Notes under the pieces: generated by a model
Databases searched by the model: none
What the model saw: the letters and a program-made list of their open reading frames with translations, nothing else
Told to the model about the DNA's origin: nothing
Source: Camelus ferus
Taxonomy: Eukaryota
Length of the DNA stretch: 64,000 nt
Reading direction: 5' to 3'
Assembly (NCBI RefSeq): GCF_009834535.1
Contig: NC_045709.1
Coordinates: forward strand, 10,726,001-10,790,000
Position numbers and translations under genes: made by a program
Shown here: positions 14,026 through 27,329 of the stretch, piece by piece
Position numbering within the stretch: the first letter of the stretch is position 1
Layout of the letters: every line of letters starts with the position of its first letter

Positions 14026-15044
14026 GGGTTTTTGACGCAGTGGACTTGAGTCCTGCTCTAGCATCTGCTGCCAGAGCAGTGGTAGGGGGACAACGAGCAA
14101 TCTCTGCGTGAGTGGCTTGGTTTCATTTGTGTTGTTAGGGAAGGAGACAAGAAAAGTAGATGAAGAAGAAAATTTCTCCTTCCTGTACTCAGGTAGAGAT
14201 GTAGCCTGGGGTAAAAATGACTTTCCAGGTTTTGGCAAGAAGATGAAGGTATTTCTGACTTTTCCTCCCCAGACACCCTCTAGCTGCCTCTTCCATGACA
14301 ATCCTGCAGCAGAAGCCAGGAGAGCACACAGCAGCCCCCACCTCATGCTCCCCACCCCTCCCGCCCCGGGGCTGATTGCATCACGGGGCTACGAGAGAAC
14401 GCCAGTAGGCGTTCATGGTTGGAAGCCCCTCAGCGATTCTCTCCCAGGAGCAGCAGTGAGCCTAGACAAGGACAAAACAATGCGGGTGCCCTAAAGGATC
14501 GCTCAAGGCTGTCATTCAGGGTGGCCTTAGATGTATGTTCGTGTTGGCCAGAAGTAGTAACTCTCTTCTTAAGGCAGTAAGATACTCAGAAAATACTTAG
14601 GTGACACTACCCCTGCACATAGGGTGACTGTATATCCAGTTTGGCTACCACTTGGCTCTGGTATAAAATAAACAGCTCCCCAAAGAGAGAGTCTCGTAGG
14701 CTCGCAAAGCCACTGCAGAGGCTAGGATGCTACAGCCACTGCCGACAGCTTTTAATTCTCATGGCCACACGAAGGGCATGTCCGGTGGCTCCCATGTGTG
14801 GAGGGCAGAGCCCCCAGCCATCAAGGGGAGTGTGAAACAGTTCTCAGAGACTTTTCCATCAATAGCACCTGTGTGCACTGGGAGACAATTGGGAACTAAA
14901 TGCCCTTCATTCAACCCGGTGAATGACTGTCTTCGCAGATGAGGTCAACAGGTGCAAAATGCTCAAAAAGAGTCTGTGTCTGATTGCTCGCCCTTGCACA
15001 GCCAGAAGTGGACTCTTGCCTGCTGCTCTGGTGCATGGAGTCAG

Positions 15045-15437
15045 ATGGAAAACAGCCAAAAGATGGAAACAACCCAAATGTCCATCAACAGATGGATGGG
15101 AAAAAAAATAGTATATAAATGCAGTGGAATATTAAGTTTAAAAAGGAATGCTGTTCTGACACGTGTTACAGCATGGACAGACCTTGAGGACAACATGCCA
15201 AGTAAGATAAGCCAGTCACAAAAATACAAATATTGTGTGATCCCACTCATGTGAATCACCTAGAGCAGTCAAATCCAGAGACAGAAAGTAGAATGGTGGT
15301 TGCCAGGGGCCGGGGGAGGGGGGCCTGGGGAGTTTGTGTTTAATGGGTACAGAGTTCTGATTTGGGAAGATGGAAAAGTTTTAGAGACAGCTGGTGGTGA
15401 TGGCCGCACAGCAACGTGAATGTACCTAACATCACCA
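15045..15437 (+). mobile_element. L1MB 3' end
   Basis: ggaaacaacccaaatgtccatcaacagatgg...gacagaaagtagaatggtggttgccagggg...gggaagatggaaaagttttagag. Confidence 0.8.
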
Positions 15438-17819
15438 GTCACGACTGGAAAGAGATCCTTGGGACCTTGAGCATCTCTACTCTGATGACTTCTTTCTTTC
15501 AGTGCTGCCCCTGTTTCTGATGATCATTTTGAAAACAATTTTTTAAAGACCCCTTTCTTACATGATCCTCACCATCTTGGATCCATCAGTTCATCGTCAT
15601 CCAAAGTCAAATCACAGGGAGGGGGGCTGCACTGCTGAACACAGCAGGGGGAGGTCTGTTCTGAGGTCTGTTTTGTTCACTGCTGTGTCCCCCTCACTAA
15701 TCAGAGAGTGAGCTGAATGACAGCCCCCTGAGGGGAACGATCAGTGTGTCAGACCATCCAGAACAGGCAATCCTTCTCCCGGCTGCCCTTGCACAACCTA
15801 CTGCACTCACTCACACGTCACGTGTCATCACGGGCTGGTTTCGCTGTGGCAATAATCCCCAAACCCTCACTGGCTTGTCGCACAGATTTTGCTCTGAATC
15901 ACACTGCAAGTCCATCTGAGGTTGCCTGGGAGCTCTGCCCGTCTGAGTCTCTCGGGGACTCAGGCTGTCAGAAGCTCCATCCGAACAAGTCCCCCACGGC
16001 CGGTGAGAGGTGCCTCATTCCTAACCCTTCCCGGGGCAGCTCACACGCTCCCCTTCTGCTCTCACTTCATTGACCAAAGCAAGTTGCACCGTGTCTCCTA
16101 GCTTTTGAGCAGCTGGGGTGGGGGGAGGGGGTGGAGTACAATCCTAGCATGTGCCTGGAGGAGAGCCGGACGCTGGCAAACAGCCCGAATAACTTCTGTG
16201 CATCCTAACGCTTTGCTGATAGCTCCAGCCTCCCCTTTCAGTGCAATGGGAGAAAGAATCTATTCTCCTACAGAGTTAAATCTGCCTCCATCCCCTAACC
16301 CGGTGCCTGGCACATAGAAAGTGTTTGCTATTGGTGGAATGAATTAATAAATAATTTGTCTCACATAATGAGGAAGTAAATCTAGGAATCTGGGGCTTTT
16401 AGGCTTATGTTTTGTTGCGAGTTGTCACTTTTGTGATACCACTGTCACTTTTTAGTGGACCTTCCTTTCGTGGAATCCCCTTCCTTGTATGATTCAGACT
16501 TAGTTTTCTAACGAGAGAAACTTGCCTGAGCTTTGGGAGGCGGAGGTGAGGAGGGCAGGCATCCTTGGGACGCCCCGGGGGGACAGATCAGACACAAGGT
16601 TCACAGTGGTTTCTAGGCTTCTCAGCAAGCACCATGTTCGGTGGGAGATTTCCCAGAGATTCCTGAGAACTGTAGCAGTTTCCCACCAAACCTTAGAGAA
16701 GAACCTACTTAGGGATTCCAGGCTGCCTTCCAGCTCTTTCCATGACCCCCCAGCTTTTCTCACTTCCTGCGAACCCGAATTCCTATATCAAACCTCTGTT
16801 CCTCTTAACAGGGCCTTCCTTTTGTTCCCTTAGAGTTACATGAGAATTTTTCCTTTTAATCATACTCCGAAGAAACCTGTTACTTTTGCTCTGTAGGAAA
16901 ACCCTCTGTGTAAGCTTTGCTGTTTTTTTCCTCCTCAAGTCTTCACTGGAAAGAGGGCTGAAGAATTTCTTCAGACTCTGAAGAGGGCCCACTAGCAGCC
17001 TGCCTTGTCTCTGCGTTCGGTGACTGCCTCTCTCCCAGGCAGAGGTGCCAGTCTTCTTTGTGACAAGTAAATTAGGAACAGGTGTAGCTTAGAGGCAGGC
17101 CATCTTTCAAGGTTTGCAAGAAGATGGGCCAACGTGCCAGGGACCTGTGCGTCCTGACCTATAATTGCATTATCTTCTGACTAAATTCTCAGCTCCCCGG
17201 CCTGCCCCTTCCTGCAAAGCATGTCATTTCCCTCTTCTTGGAATCGGAGTGAAACTGCGACTGTGCGTCAAATGTTGATGCCTGGTTGAATTGAGGTTCC
17301 CGGGGCCAAGACTGCACTGGTCAAGAATGCATATTTCATCTCTAAACCCTTTAACTCCCTTTGAGTGGAAAATGGCTGGCTACTCAATGCTGTAACTCAG
17401 AGAGCTGACGGAGAGGCGCCTCTCACCTCTGCCACAGTGCTGGGGGGATTAAGCGATTACTGGAAGTGAATATTGAAAAATGTCCAGATTCAGCAGGATT
17501 CTTGGTGCTTGTGCGGAGTTAGTCAGGTCACGCAGGTTGCCGACACTGAACCCCACCCCCATCGGTCTCCATACAGCCTCCAGGCTTATCTTTTTAATCA
17601 ATCAACAAATATTTACTGGTACTCTGTACTCATCACTGTCCGAGGTCCCATGGGGGTTCTCCTGGGGCTGCTCCTCCGCTGTCTCCTTCATGGTTTCCTC
17701 TTCCTCTGTCAGTCATTAAATAAATACAGCCACAGCACGATTAGCTAATACTTACTGAGCTCTTAAAAGGTGGTGACTGTGATTTCTTTCATTTGGGGAT
17801 CATGCACATCTTATAACTC

Positions 17820-17833
17820 CCACCAGAGGGCAG
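17820..17833 (+). promoter_or_regulatory. Candidate CTCF core motif
   Basis: CCACCAGAGGGCAG fits the core consensus CCRSYAGRKGGCRS at every position; motif match only. Confidence 0.55.
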
Positions 17834-19757
17834 CACCTGCACACACTCAGCCCCAGATCTGGGCAGCTGGATGGCAAAGCAAGAATGATCCACATGTTGC
17901 AACCAAAGACAGCATACGTTGTAGGGAAAAGGAAACGTGTCCGAATTAGTGAGTGTGTCCAAGTCTCATGTGTGTGACTGTATGTCTATGTGTATTAATG
18001 GCTGGAGCTACAAGTGTATATTTATATCTTGTAAACTGCAGCAAAGTCATGTCACTGTTAAGTAGCCACCATATGCCAGAAACTGTGTTTCTTGCTTTGA
18101 TTTTTTTCCCTTTAATAAGGAGTAATTTGTAACTAGTACTTTACATGAAGACCAGTGCCAATGAAATGCATTGTTTTAACACATAAATAAGCATTTCCCT
18201 CTAGTCTTGTTGACCCCCATTGAATTGGCTCATAAAGCATCTTTACAGTTAATAATAACATAAAAAATAGAGCAATTGCATTCAGGAAAAACCCTACTTC
18301 AGTGACCTGGTGATGAGAGAGGAATCCAGGAGAGACTATTCAAATTATTTATTGACGTTAAGATATCTCTGAATTGAGCTACGAATTTAAAAAACATTAG
18401 CTCTGATCCATTTGTTAAATTGTCCATATGCACCCATGGTTCTGTGAGGCTTTATTTACAAACAGCAACGTATTTGCAAATGGGGGTTGCTGTGCAAAAA
18501 GGAAGCCCTTCACAAAGGCTAACCTAGAGACATGAGAGAGCACTGACTTCATTGTCCTGACCTGGGAAGTGGCTTCCAGGGGACAGAGGACCAGGAAGAC
18601 AGGAGTGGATTGCCAAGGGGGTTCCCACTCAAGACTGGGGTTGGTGGTTGCTGGGTTTTCTTGATGGACAAAGTCCAAGGCCAGACCTGATGGTTGTGAC
18701 AAATGAGGAATTCTGTAGGGGGGGTAGTGCTAGTGTCTGAGGATTTTACAGGTGAGACGGGAGGAAAAGGCGAGGGCAGGTAATTGTAGACATACCTTGG
18801 AGGAATAACAACCAGCAGCTACAGAGGTCTAACCACCCCCGGGCACTCTTCTTTTATCTCATGTAATCCTCACAACCCCCCTGGGTGTACTATTTTCCTT
18901 CTACTTATGGGGAGACATAGGTAACACCCCACTTCCAAGTAATAGGCAAGGGGAGTGCAAATCAATCTGGATCCGGAACCCAAGCTGGGTGTGTCCTCCA
19001 CAGAACCCAGCCGCTTCTCGCTGGTCTTGGAACTCCCAGAACCCTAAACTCCATAAGAAGTTATTGAACTAATCAGATTCAGAGTCGTTAGACCCTGGGA
19101 GTGAGGGACTTGGTAAGTTCTCTTCCTGAGAGCTGTCAGATGATGCGAAACAGTGAAACACCGCTTCCCATAAGGGCTACATCCTGCAGAAGCTGCCAGT
19201 CACAGAGCGGGTTCCAGGGCCTCACTCTCCAGTCTTTGACAAACTCCCCAAACGAGCATCCCAGAGTTGGTACCCACTGAGGGGGAGAACCACCCAGAGG
19301 GAAAAAGGCACACAAGACAGACCTCCTCACTGGCCCTGGGGAGGGACGGTGACACCAGGAGAGGTGTGAGGCCAGGAGGGTGGCCCAGGAGGGACTGGGC
19401 CCCCAGGGGCCAAGATAGAGCCAGACGTGTTGAGGACACACCTCCTGTAGTTCTTAAGGTTGACTTAACGTTGGTCCAAGGACCTACCTTTTCTCAGGTC
19501 ACTGGATATTTTTCTTTAACTTCACTTTTAATGGTTACGTAATATTCTATGGCATAGAAGTACAAGGATTTACGTAATCAACAGTGTCCCTGACCCCCTG
19601 GCACCCCAAGCCCTCCTCCTCCCTGCTCTCTGTCCCCATTCTTTTAGGATGTAAGGAAGCCGAGGGAGGGCAGGCCCTGGGGAGGAGGAGGCAGGGACAC
19701 TTTGACTCAAGCTTCACATTCACAAAAGGTCTCAGAATAAAGATGGGGTGTACCCAG

Positions 19758-20103
19758 TGCTGTGGACCAAGCTATGTTTCCCCAAAGTTCATACACTGAA
19801 ACCATAACCCCCACTGCGATAGCATTAGGAGATGGGGCCTTTGGGAGGCAATTAGGTCATGAGGTAGGAGCCGTCATGGTGAGATTAATGTCTGCATAAG
19901 AGACACCAGAGATCTCTCCCCCCGCCCCAACCCCGATGTGAGGACTCAAGTCTGCAGGCCAGGAAGAGAGCTCACGTCAGGGACCGAATTAGCCAGTGCT
20001 TTGATCTTGGATTTCCAGACTCCAGAACTTAGAATGAAATGTCCATTGTTTAAGCCACTCTGCCAGTGTTGCTTTGTCATAGCAGCCCAAGCTGGCTAAG
20101 ATG
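19758..20103 (+). mobile_element. MLT1A-type MaLR solo LTR
   Basis: tgctgtggacc...ggggcctttgggaggcaattaggtcatgag...ttgatcttggatttccagactccagaac; perfect 5-bp TSD cccag at 19753-19757 and 20104-20108. Confidence 0.85.
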
Positions 20104-22283
20104 CCCAGGCGTGGAGTGTCACCTACACGATGGAATGACACTACACAACCTGAAACTCACAGCCCGTTGTCAGACCACACCACTCGCAGGGTGTTATGAT
20201 TTCACACGTTCATAAACCCTATGATTGCCTTGTGAACAGTGCAATTCTCTTGCATTACACATTGGGTGTGTGTTAAAAAGCATTTGTTTGTTAAACGTAA
20301 ACGTGTAAAATGTACCCTGATTTGTTCTTTCGTTTTGGAATTTCAACATGGTTTGTGTAATAGGTGTTCCTCGTTTGACACCCCGAACATCTAATAAGTG
20401 GGTGTCTGAAGCAAGAACTGCCACCATCGCCATCTGAGTCAACACAGGACACTGACTTGTGCATCGAAGGATTTCCCACCCCCTTCTACATCCATGAGCT
20501 ATGTTCCATCTAAACCAAACAAGCCTCCGGTTTGTCCCTCAAATAGAAACAAAGTTGTCCCTTGCCAAGGACTCTGGGTTTCTGCTTAATCTCAGTGACT
20601 GTCTGGCTGTAACCATTGCCAGGGGCCCCCAGAGAGGAGTCCTCACTGGCCTTTTCTGCAGCCTGCCTCCGGGCCCCTGGACTCAGGCCAGTCCCTCCTT
20701 CATGCAGACAGTCCCTGCCCGGCGAGGAGGTAACAAATGCAGGAACCTCTTGAATTATGTGATGAGCCCACTAAGCAAACCGACAGGGCGCCGGGCAGAG
20801 AACAGTGGCGCCTGCGGGTGGTAGAGGCTGCTGGACACAGCAGTGACGGTCCCCCCAGGGGAGGTGACATTTAAGCTGAGAGCTATAAGCTAAAAGGGAG
20901 GCAGGTGTGTGATGGGCCAGGAGACTCACCAGTGGACGACAGGCCACATATCTCACCCGGGGCCCTGCGGGGCTGTGAGATGGCCGCTGAGGGACGAGGT
21001 CTGTAGCGGGTGAGAAGGACGGAAAGGTTTCTCTCCGCCACGTGGCGGGGCTGCTGGCTTATTGGCAGGCATCCACTCCCACGGGGTGAGGAGTGAAGCC
21101 CCGTCACCAGCCACGGGCACAAATTCCCCTAGACCTCAAACACAAAGGCTCCATCTCAGTGAGCTCCTGCCTGGGGCTCTGGCCGGACCGGCCCTGGCTG
21201 CCCCAGCGGGCACGGCCATGCTGTAGCTGCCCCACACTGCGGCTCTGGGTTTCCAGAATCTTCCAAAGGCCTGGGTCCTCTGCAGGCTGACTGCTCCTGA
21301 CTCCCTTTACTCTGGAGCAGGGCACAGAGAGCATCTTCCATGCCTCGCGGAGGGAGCCTCTTTTCCTTCCCTTGACAAAGTGTTTTCTGGACTGGCCACT
21401 CCTGCCCCACAGGCTCCCAGAGGAAGGCTGGTATCTCTGCGCCTGGGGATCCAGGCCTCCTCGGGCTCCACAGGAAAAGTGGGCGGGAATTTTAGCCATC
21501 CTGCAAATTTCATTCAATAACTGCAGTGGCCACTTCCTATTTCCCCACTAGATGGGGTCCTGGACCTCTGCAGCTTCGCAGTTCCAATCCTCTCATTTGG
21601 CTCTGAAGGCTGCTTAGAAATTCGTTTAAGGCAGAGAGAGATCTTCTTTTATAGGAAGTGGCCATGGGCTGAAATCGGAGAAGGCTTTGGAAACTGGTTT
21701 CATCTATATCTTCCTTAATTAGCAGAGGTGATAAGGGTGAAGATAGCTGCAAAAGAAATCTAACAAATCTGAAATATGGGTACAAACGGAGTCAGCTAGA
21801 TTCCTAGAAATACAGAGCCATTGTGGAAAATGCTCCCACTGGCTCTGCCTCTTGAGATAGGCCAGAGGCATTAACTCTGGACAATCAGGCTGAAAAAAAA
21901 TCCTGTGGCCTGGTTATTTAAGTGCACTACATAACATTCTGAATGAAGTAGAAGTCAGAATTTTGGATAATAGGGATGGAGAAAAGAGGAACCCATTCTG
22001 TTGACCATGTTCTGCAGGAGGGAGAGGAAAATGCACATATGTAATGAATGTAACACACGATGCACTACAGTCCTGTACCAGCCCTGAGGATGCACTGAGC
22101 AGAAAGTGCCTTCTCTGCTTGGCAAGTCAAGGAAGGCTTCCTGGAGGAGGGGAGATGAGCCTAGAAGGCTGATAGGAGGAGGTTGTATGGCTCCAAGTTC
22201 ATGTGGCCCCAGAGCCTTTCATTCAGCTGTCTTTGGGGACACAAGTGTTGAAAGGGGAAGCATTTTATTGTCCAGATCGCTCT

Positions 22284-22445
22284 AGACCCTTGATCCTCAA
22301 AGTGGGGTCTAGGGACCAGGAGGGTCAGCGTCACTGGGAGCTTGTTAGAAATGTGGAATCTCTGCCCTACTGAGTCAGCATCTTCATTCTAACAAGATTC
22401 CCCAGGTGACCTGTACGTGTGTTACAGTCTGAGAGTCACTGCCCT
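22284..22445. mobile_element. MER5A (hAT-Charlie) non-autonomous DNA transposon
   Basis: tcctcaaagtggggtc...ctgggagcttgttagaaatg...aacaagattccccaggtga. Confidence 0.8.
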
Positions 22446-22839
22446 CAATAACCGTGTTATCATGATCACCACCCAGTGTGGAGAGAACAGAGACGGGGTT
22501 CCAGAAGTTGCTCACATATATGGACCTGATGGAAAGGACAGAACAGCACCGATTGCACAGAATGGTGCTCAGAATGGCGCGCTCCTAGCTTATGTCCTTC
22601 TTAGCATTTAAACAGACACCCCACACCACGCCGTGTAGACACCATTGGGTTTCTCCCACCCGAAGAGAGGGAGGTGGTACCATGAGCCCACCACATGCTT
22701 GGGGTGCCTCCCTATTCATCCTACAGGAGGGGAGGCAGAGAGCAAATGTGGTTTAGCTGGACCTAAACATTTTACTTTATATCTCAGAAAATCGCAGGAT
22801 TTGGGCCCTTCCACTTTTGGGAGATTGTGTCATTCAACA

Positions 22840-23190
22840 GAAAAATTGCTAGTACATTTGTAGCTCTTACTATGTCCTAAGTGCTGTCCATAGATTAACC
22901 CACAACAACCCTGTGATATAGCGCTCCCAGGATTATCCCCATTTCTGCAGATGAGGACATTAGTCACAGAGAGGTCGAGGAACTCCCCCAAGCTAACACA
23001 GCGAGGAAACGCAAAGCTGGGACTTAAAACCCAGGCACTCTTATCTGCAGAGCTCTGCTTCTTCACCAAAAGGCCAGACAGGCCAGGGTTAAAATCCTGC
23101 TCCACTACTTTCTGTTATAAGATCCCTCTAAACTTTGAATTCAGTTGTAAAATGGAACAAAAGATACCTACCGGATTAGGAGGTTGGAAA
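22840..23190. mobile_element. Two adjacent MIRs in opposite orientation (22840-23050 minus, 23070-23190 plus)
   Basis: attatccccatttctgcagatgaggac...; gggttaaaatcctgctccactactt...tgtaaaatggaac. Confidence 0.6.
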
Positions 23191-23457
23191 GACTAGGGCA
23201 AAAAAAAAAAAAAAAATAGGAGTATCTATACTTAGCTCAAAATAGGTACTTGATCAAAGGTAGTTATCACAGTTGTTCGGGAACAAGAGAGGATCTGAAG
23301 GCACTCAGCTCCCTGCACGTCTGGTGATGAGGGTGTGTTCTCAATCTCCACCATGTCATTACCTCCCTGGGCCAACTCCCATCTAGGCTGGTAACTCTGC
23401 TGGGACGGAATAATCAACCTGTTACCCGCTGCCAAAGGTGGGTCTGTTTGATTAAGA

Positions 23458-23685
23458 TTTAAATTTTCCTTCCTTGAGATGGAACACACATACAGTAAAG
23501 GGCACCCTCGTAGGCAGACAGTTATGTGTGCAAATGCCTAGATCGGGGGATGGAGCACTCCAGCTCCCCAAAGGCTCTCGCTGTTCCTTCCCCATCAGTT
23601 CCCACCCCTAGAGGTAGCCACTGGTCTGACTTCTATTGTCTTAGATTAGTTTTACCTGTTCTTGAACTTCATAGAAATGGGATTT
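23458..23685 (-). mobile_element. L1MB/ME 3' end
   Basis: ccactggtctgacttctattgtcttagattagttttacctgttcttgaacttcatagaaatgg. Confidence 0.7.
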
Positions 23686-24069
23686 CTGGATTTTGACTGC
23701 CAGCATTTTCATGGGTACACCTTGCCTTCTCCAGGCAGCTGGGGGACCGATGGGCATTTTAAGAGTGTAGAATGAATAAGGCAGGCTTAGTAGAGGCCTC
23801 AGTATGTCATACACTAGTAAATGTTCTCTAAAACTGAGACAGGCAGTTAATATTGACACCTGTGTTATGCCTCTCACAAAGACCTCGCCAAGGCTTTGTA
23901 AGTGGCAAGGACTAGGGAAAAGAAAAGCTTGTAGCCATCATAGGAGTTTAAGGAATCTTATGTCACTACTTTGACTAATATTATTAAGGATAATGGTTTA
24001 GAAAAAGCCCAGCCTTTTCCACATTTATAGTACCCCAGCCTTTATGCAATGAACTTGGTATATACATTG

Positions 24070-24430
24070 CTTCAATGAACAGATATTGTCCCCATTTTGC
24101 AGATGGGAAAATGGAAATTCAGAAAAGTTATGTAAATGTCCCAAGGTCTCACAGTAAGCAGAAGTGCCAGGATTTGAACCCATCTCTGTCAGGCTCCAGA
24201 AGCTGCGCTGTCAGCCACCATGCTATACGTAGATGAGAGGGGGGCAGGTGGTCTCCTGAAAAGAAAGGCAGCTCTGGAAACAGCCAGAGGTGGGTTCAGA
24301 TCCTCCCTCTGCCTCTCACTGCCGGCTCATCAAGTAAATGACGTCTCTAAAACCCTCAAGCCAGAAAAGATCCAGGAGGGATGGCAATTCCTACCTTACT
24401 GGTTTGTTAAAAGATAAGTAATAATATTTG
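24070..24430. mobile_element. Two adjacent MIRs in opposite orientation (24070-24210 minus, 24290-24430 plus)
   Basis: cccattttgcagatgggaaaatggaaattcaga...ggatttgaaccc; gggttcagatcctccctctgcc. Confidence 0.6.
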
Positions 24431-26054
24431 TAAATATTGTTTGTAAAGTGCCACCCAAGACCCTCAGCAAGGGTGGTTGTGTGCAGGCGATTCGCCGTCG
24501 TGGTAAACGGAGGCAAACTGCCCGCTGCGATGAGGGTGGCGGTACGTGGCCCCACCGCCACCCCCGTCCACATCCTTTGTCGGCGGCCTTGCCCTTTGTA
24601 GGCTTTCCGGTGGGGTCTGCCTGGGCCTGAAGCTCCCATAAGACACTTTTCAGACATGGCAGCAACTGAGCACTGAAGTCAACAGATGCATCTGAAGGAC
24701 TTGAAGTCACCCGTCAATTCAGTGAAGCAACTGTTATTGATTTCTGGGCTTTCTGCTCCCCACGGGTTGTTTAAGTGAATTGATGGGGGGTTGGGTGGAA
24801 TTGATTGCACCAGCCAGTCCTTTCAGTGTGATAGAGACAAAATGATAGCGTTCCCCAGAAAATGAACGAATCTGCTCGTTAAAGAGAATGTTCGAGCAAA
24901 TCATTTTTTTCCTGTGACAGCAGCTTTCCTACTTGGCTCCTTCTGCACAGGGAATTAGGAAGTATTGAAGGAGGCCCTCATTGCCTGTCAATAGGCTGAT
25001 AAGCTGGCCCCCTTTCCATTTTCTTACCATTCCCAGGGACTGATTAGATGCCAAAATGAATCCACCAATCTCTCTCTCCCCACACACAGACTTTTGCCAG
25101 TTCTGAGTCACTGAAACCCTTGTGTTTTATAAATCCTGCCCCCATCTCCTGAATCATACACATAAAAGCTGATTTTCAGCATTAAATGAAAATACAGGCG
25201 CTCATGCAAGTCAACAGTGTGCCAGCGCTTGGGGGTGATGATTCACACACCTATGATTTATATTTTCTTCCCCGGAGCATGTCTTTTTTGTGAATTTCAG
25301 ATAGCACCACACTAGTTTTCACTGACAGTGATGAAAAAAACCAGATGTCAGGATGAGGAGTGGAAGGGTGAAGGGGGTGGGCTTGGGGGTGTAGAATGAC
25401 AAGAAGTGAAAGAGAGCTGAATCCAGAGGATTCTGAAACCCTTCTTTGAGTCACTGAGCTCTTAAGCTTCCTTCAGCTGCAGGGAGGGACCAGCTAGCTG
25501 ACCCCCTTTTAGGAAATAGGTTATAGCTGAATTTTTATTGACTCTCAAAAAAAATCAATCTCTCTCTCTCTCTCTGAGTCTTTGCTGCTGTCATTAAACC
25601 TATTGTGGTGCCAAGAGCTCAGGGTAATTGTAATTAGCGGCACAACTGAAATTCTCACATATAATAAAAGAGAAAAAGATCCAAAGGACCCGGGGCTCGC
25701 TCACCAGACAGCTCCATAAGTCAGCTGTCTTGGAATATGCGGTGGAAATTTTGCATTTTTATGGATTTTTATACAGCATGGATGTCTCACTCCTGGCAAC
25801 TCATCTGTAATACGGCGTGAGATGAAGATTGGGTCGACACAATGCCAATTTTGAAAAATTTGATTTGCCCCTTCATATTGACATACTTTACGGTGCACAA
25901 AAGATAAGGCAGGAAATGAGCCCCCGTCATCGAAAACTAACGCGAATTGTGAATTCGAGTGTGAGGCACTGGAAAGCAGATGATTTCTCAACAGTGTTAG
26001 AAGAGCATCTCTCAAAATGGCAGCTGTAAAATGCGTGGGAACACCCAAAAATGA

Positions 26055-26455
26055 TTTAAAAAAAAAAAAAAAAAACCTCTTAGCAAACTAGAAATAGAGA
26101 GGAAATTCCTTAACCTGATTTTTTTTAAGTATCTACTAAAATCCCACAAAGAATGATGTTTGTATTGATAATCACTAAAGGTACTCTCTCTGAAATAAGA
26201 TACAGGGCATGCAAGGCTATGGCCAACACTTCTAGTCAACATTGTATTGAGGGTCCTGCCAGCATAGTAAGAAAAAGAAAAGAAAATCTGCAAGGATTGG
26301 GAACAAAGAAACAAACTGTCAGTTTTCACAGTTAATATGATTGTCCAAAAAGAAGAATCAAAAGATAATCTGTAAGTAAGTAGAATTAACAAGCAGGTTC
26401 CACACTGCCATTTAATATCAAAATCAATATGCCAATATCAGTTAGCTCCTTATAT
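26055..26455 (+). mobile_element. Old L1 ORF2 (RT region) fragment
   Basis: aaaacctcttagcaaactagaaatagagaggaaattccttaacctgat encodes a KTLSKLGIEGNFLNL-like motif. Confidence 0.7.
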
Positions 26456-27329
26456 CCAACTCATTTAGCCAACAAATACTCATTTAGCACTTTCTAGGTG
26501 CCCCTGTTTCATGAATAAAACAAAGAGTCCCACCTTCTTGAACTTGCCAGACAGATCCACTTAAATAATGTAGTTGAAATAAAATGAGGAGACATGGGAA
26601 GACTGGTCAACAAAGGGGTGGCGCCTCGTCATTAGGGTTCTGATCCCTGGTAGTTCACTGCATGGTATTACTTACCAAATTGTGCACCTGCTCTGGGGTC
26701 ATCAATGACCAGGTAGAGTAGAGAGAACTCAGACCAGGACAACAAGAGCCAAGTTTGGCCTTTGTCTAGCAGACAAAATGTTTTTTTTTTTAAATCACAC
26801 CCCTAAAATTTAATATGTTCTCAATCATGTCAATTATTAAGAAGTCCATATTCAAATTTCCCTAAATGTCCCAATAAAAGTTCCTTATTGCTGATTTTTG
26901 AAAACTTAGGATCCCATGAATGCTCACACTTTCTTCTGTTTGTCATATTCTGTTTGTCTTGTCTCCTTTAATCTAGAACAATCCTCCCACCTGTCCTCCC
27001 CCCGTATCAGAGGCCATGGCTTCCCTCAGTTCAGCTACCCTCTAAGGGTTCTAGTAACCAGCCTTGCTTCTAGCCCCTCAGGATCCCCACTGTTTCTGAG
27101 TCCAGAATATTAGATTATTGATTGTTGGTATTCCTAAACTGTGTTCACATCTTCATAAAAAGCCCCATTATTAAACTCTCCTCAAATTACCAAAATCTTT
27201 CCTGTCTGAACCCTGACCAAGAAGAGAATGCAGATAGAGAAGAGACCCAAGGGCTGGGAGCTGGGACCAGGGACAGTCAACTTAGTAGGTTGGAAAGAAG
27301 AAATAAGCAAAGAAGACCAAGAAGGGGCA

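Noticed and set aside
24391-24710. Four overlapping ORFs, one with a good Kozak (gctgccATG)
   Set aside because: No recognisable protein similarity, and the minus-strand ORFs run into a MIR; kept only as a CpG-patch finding.
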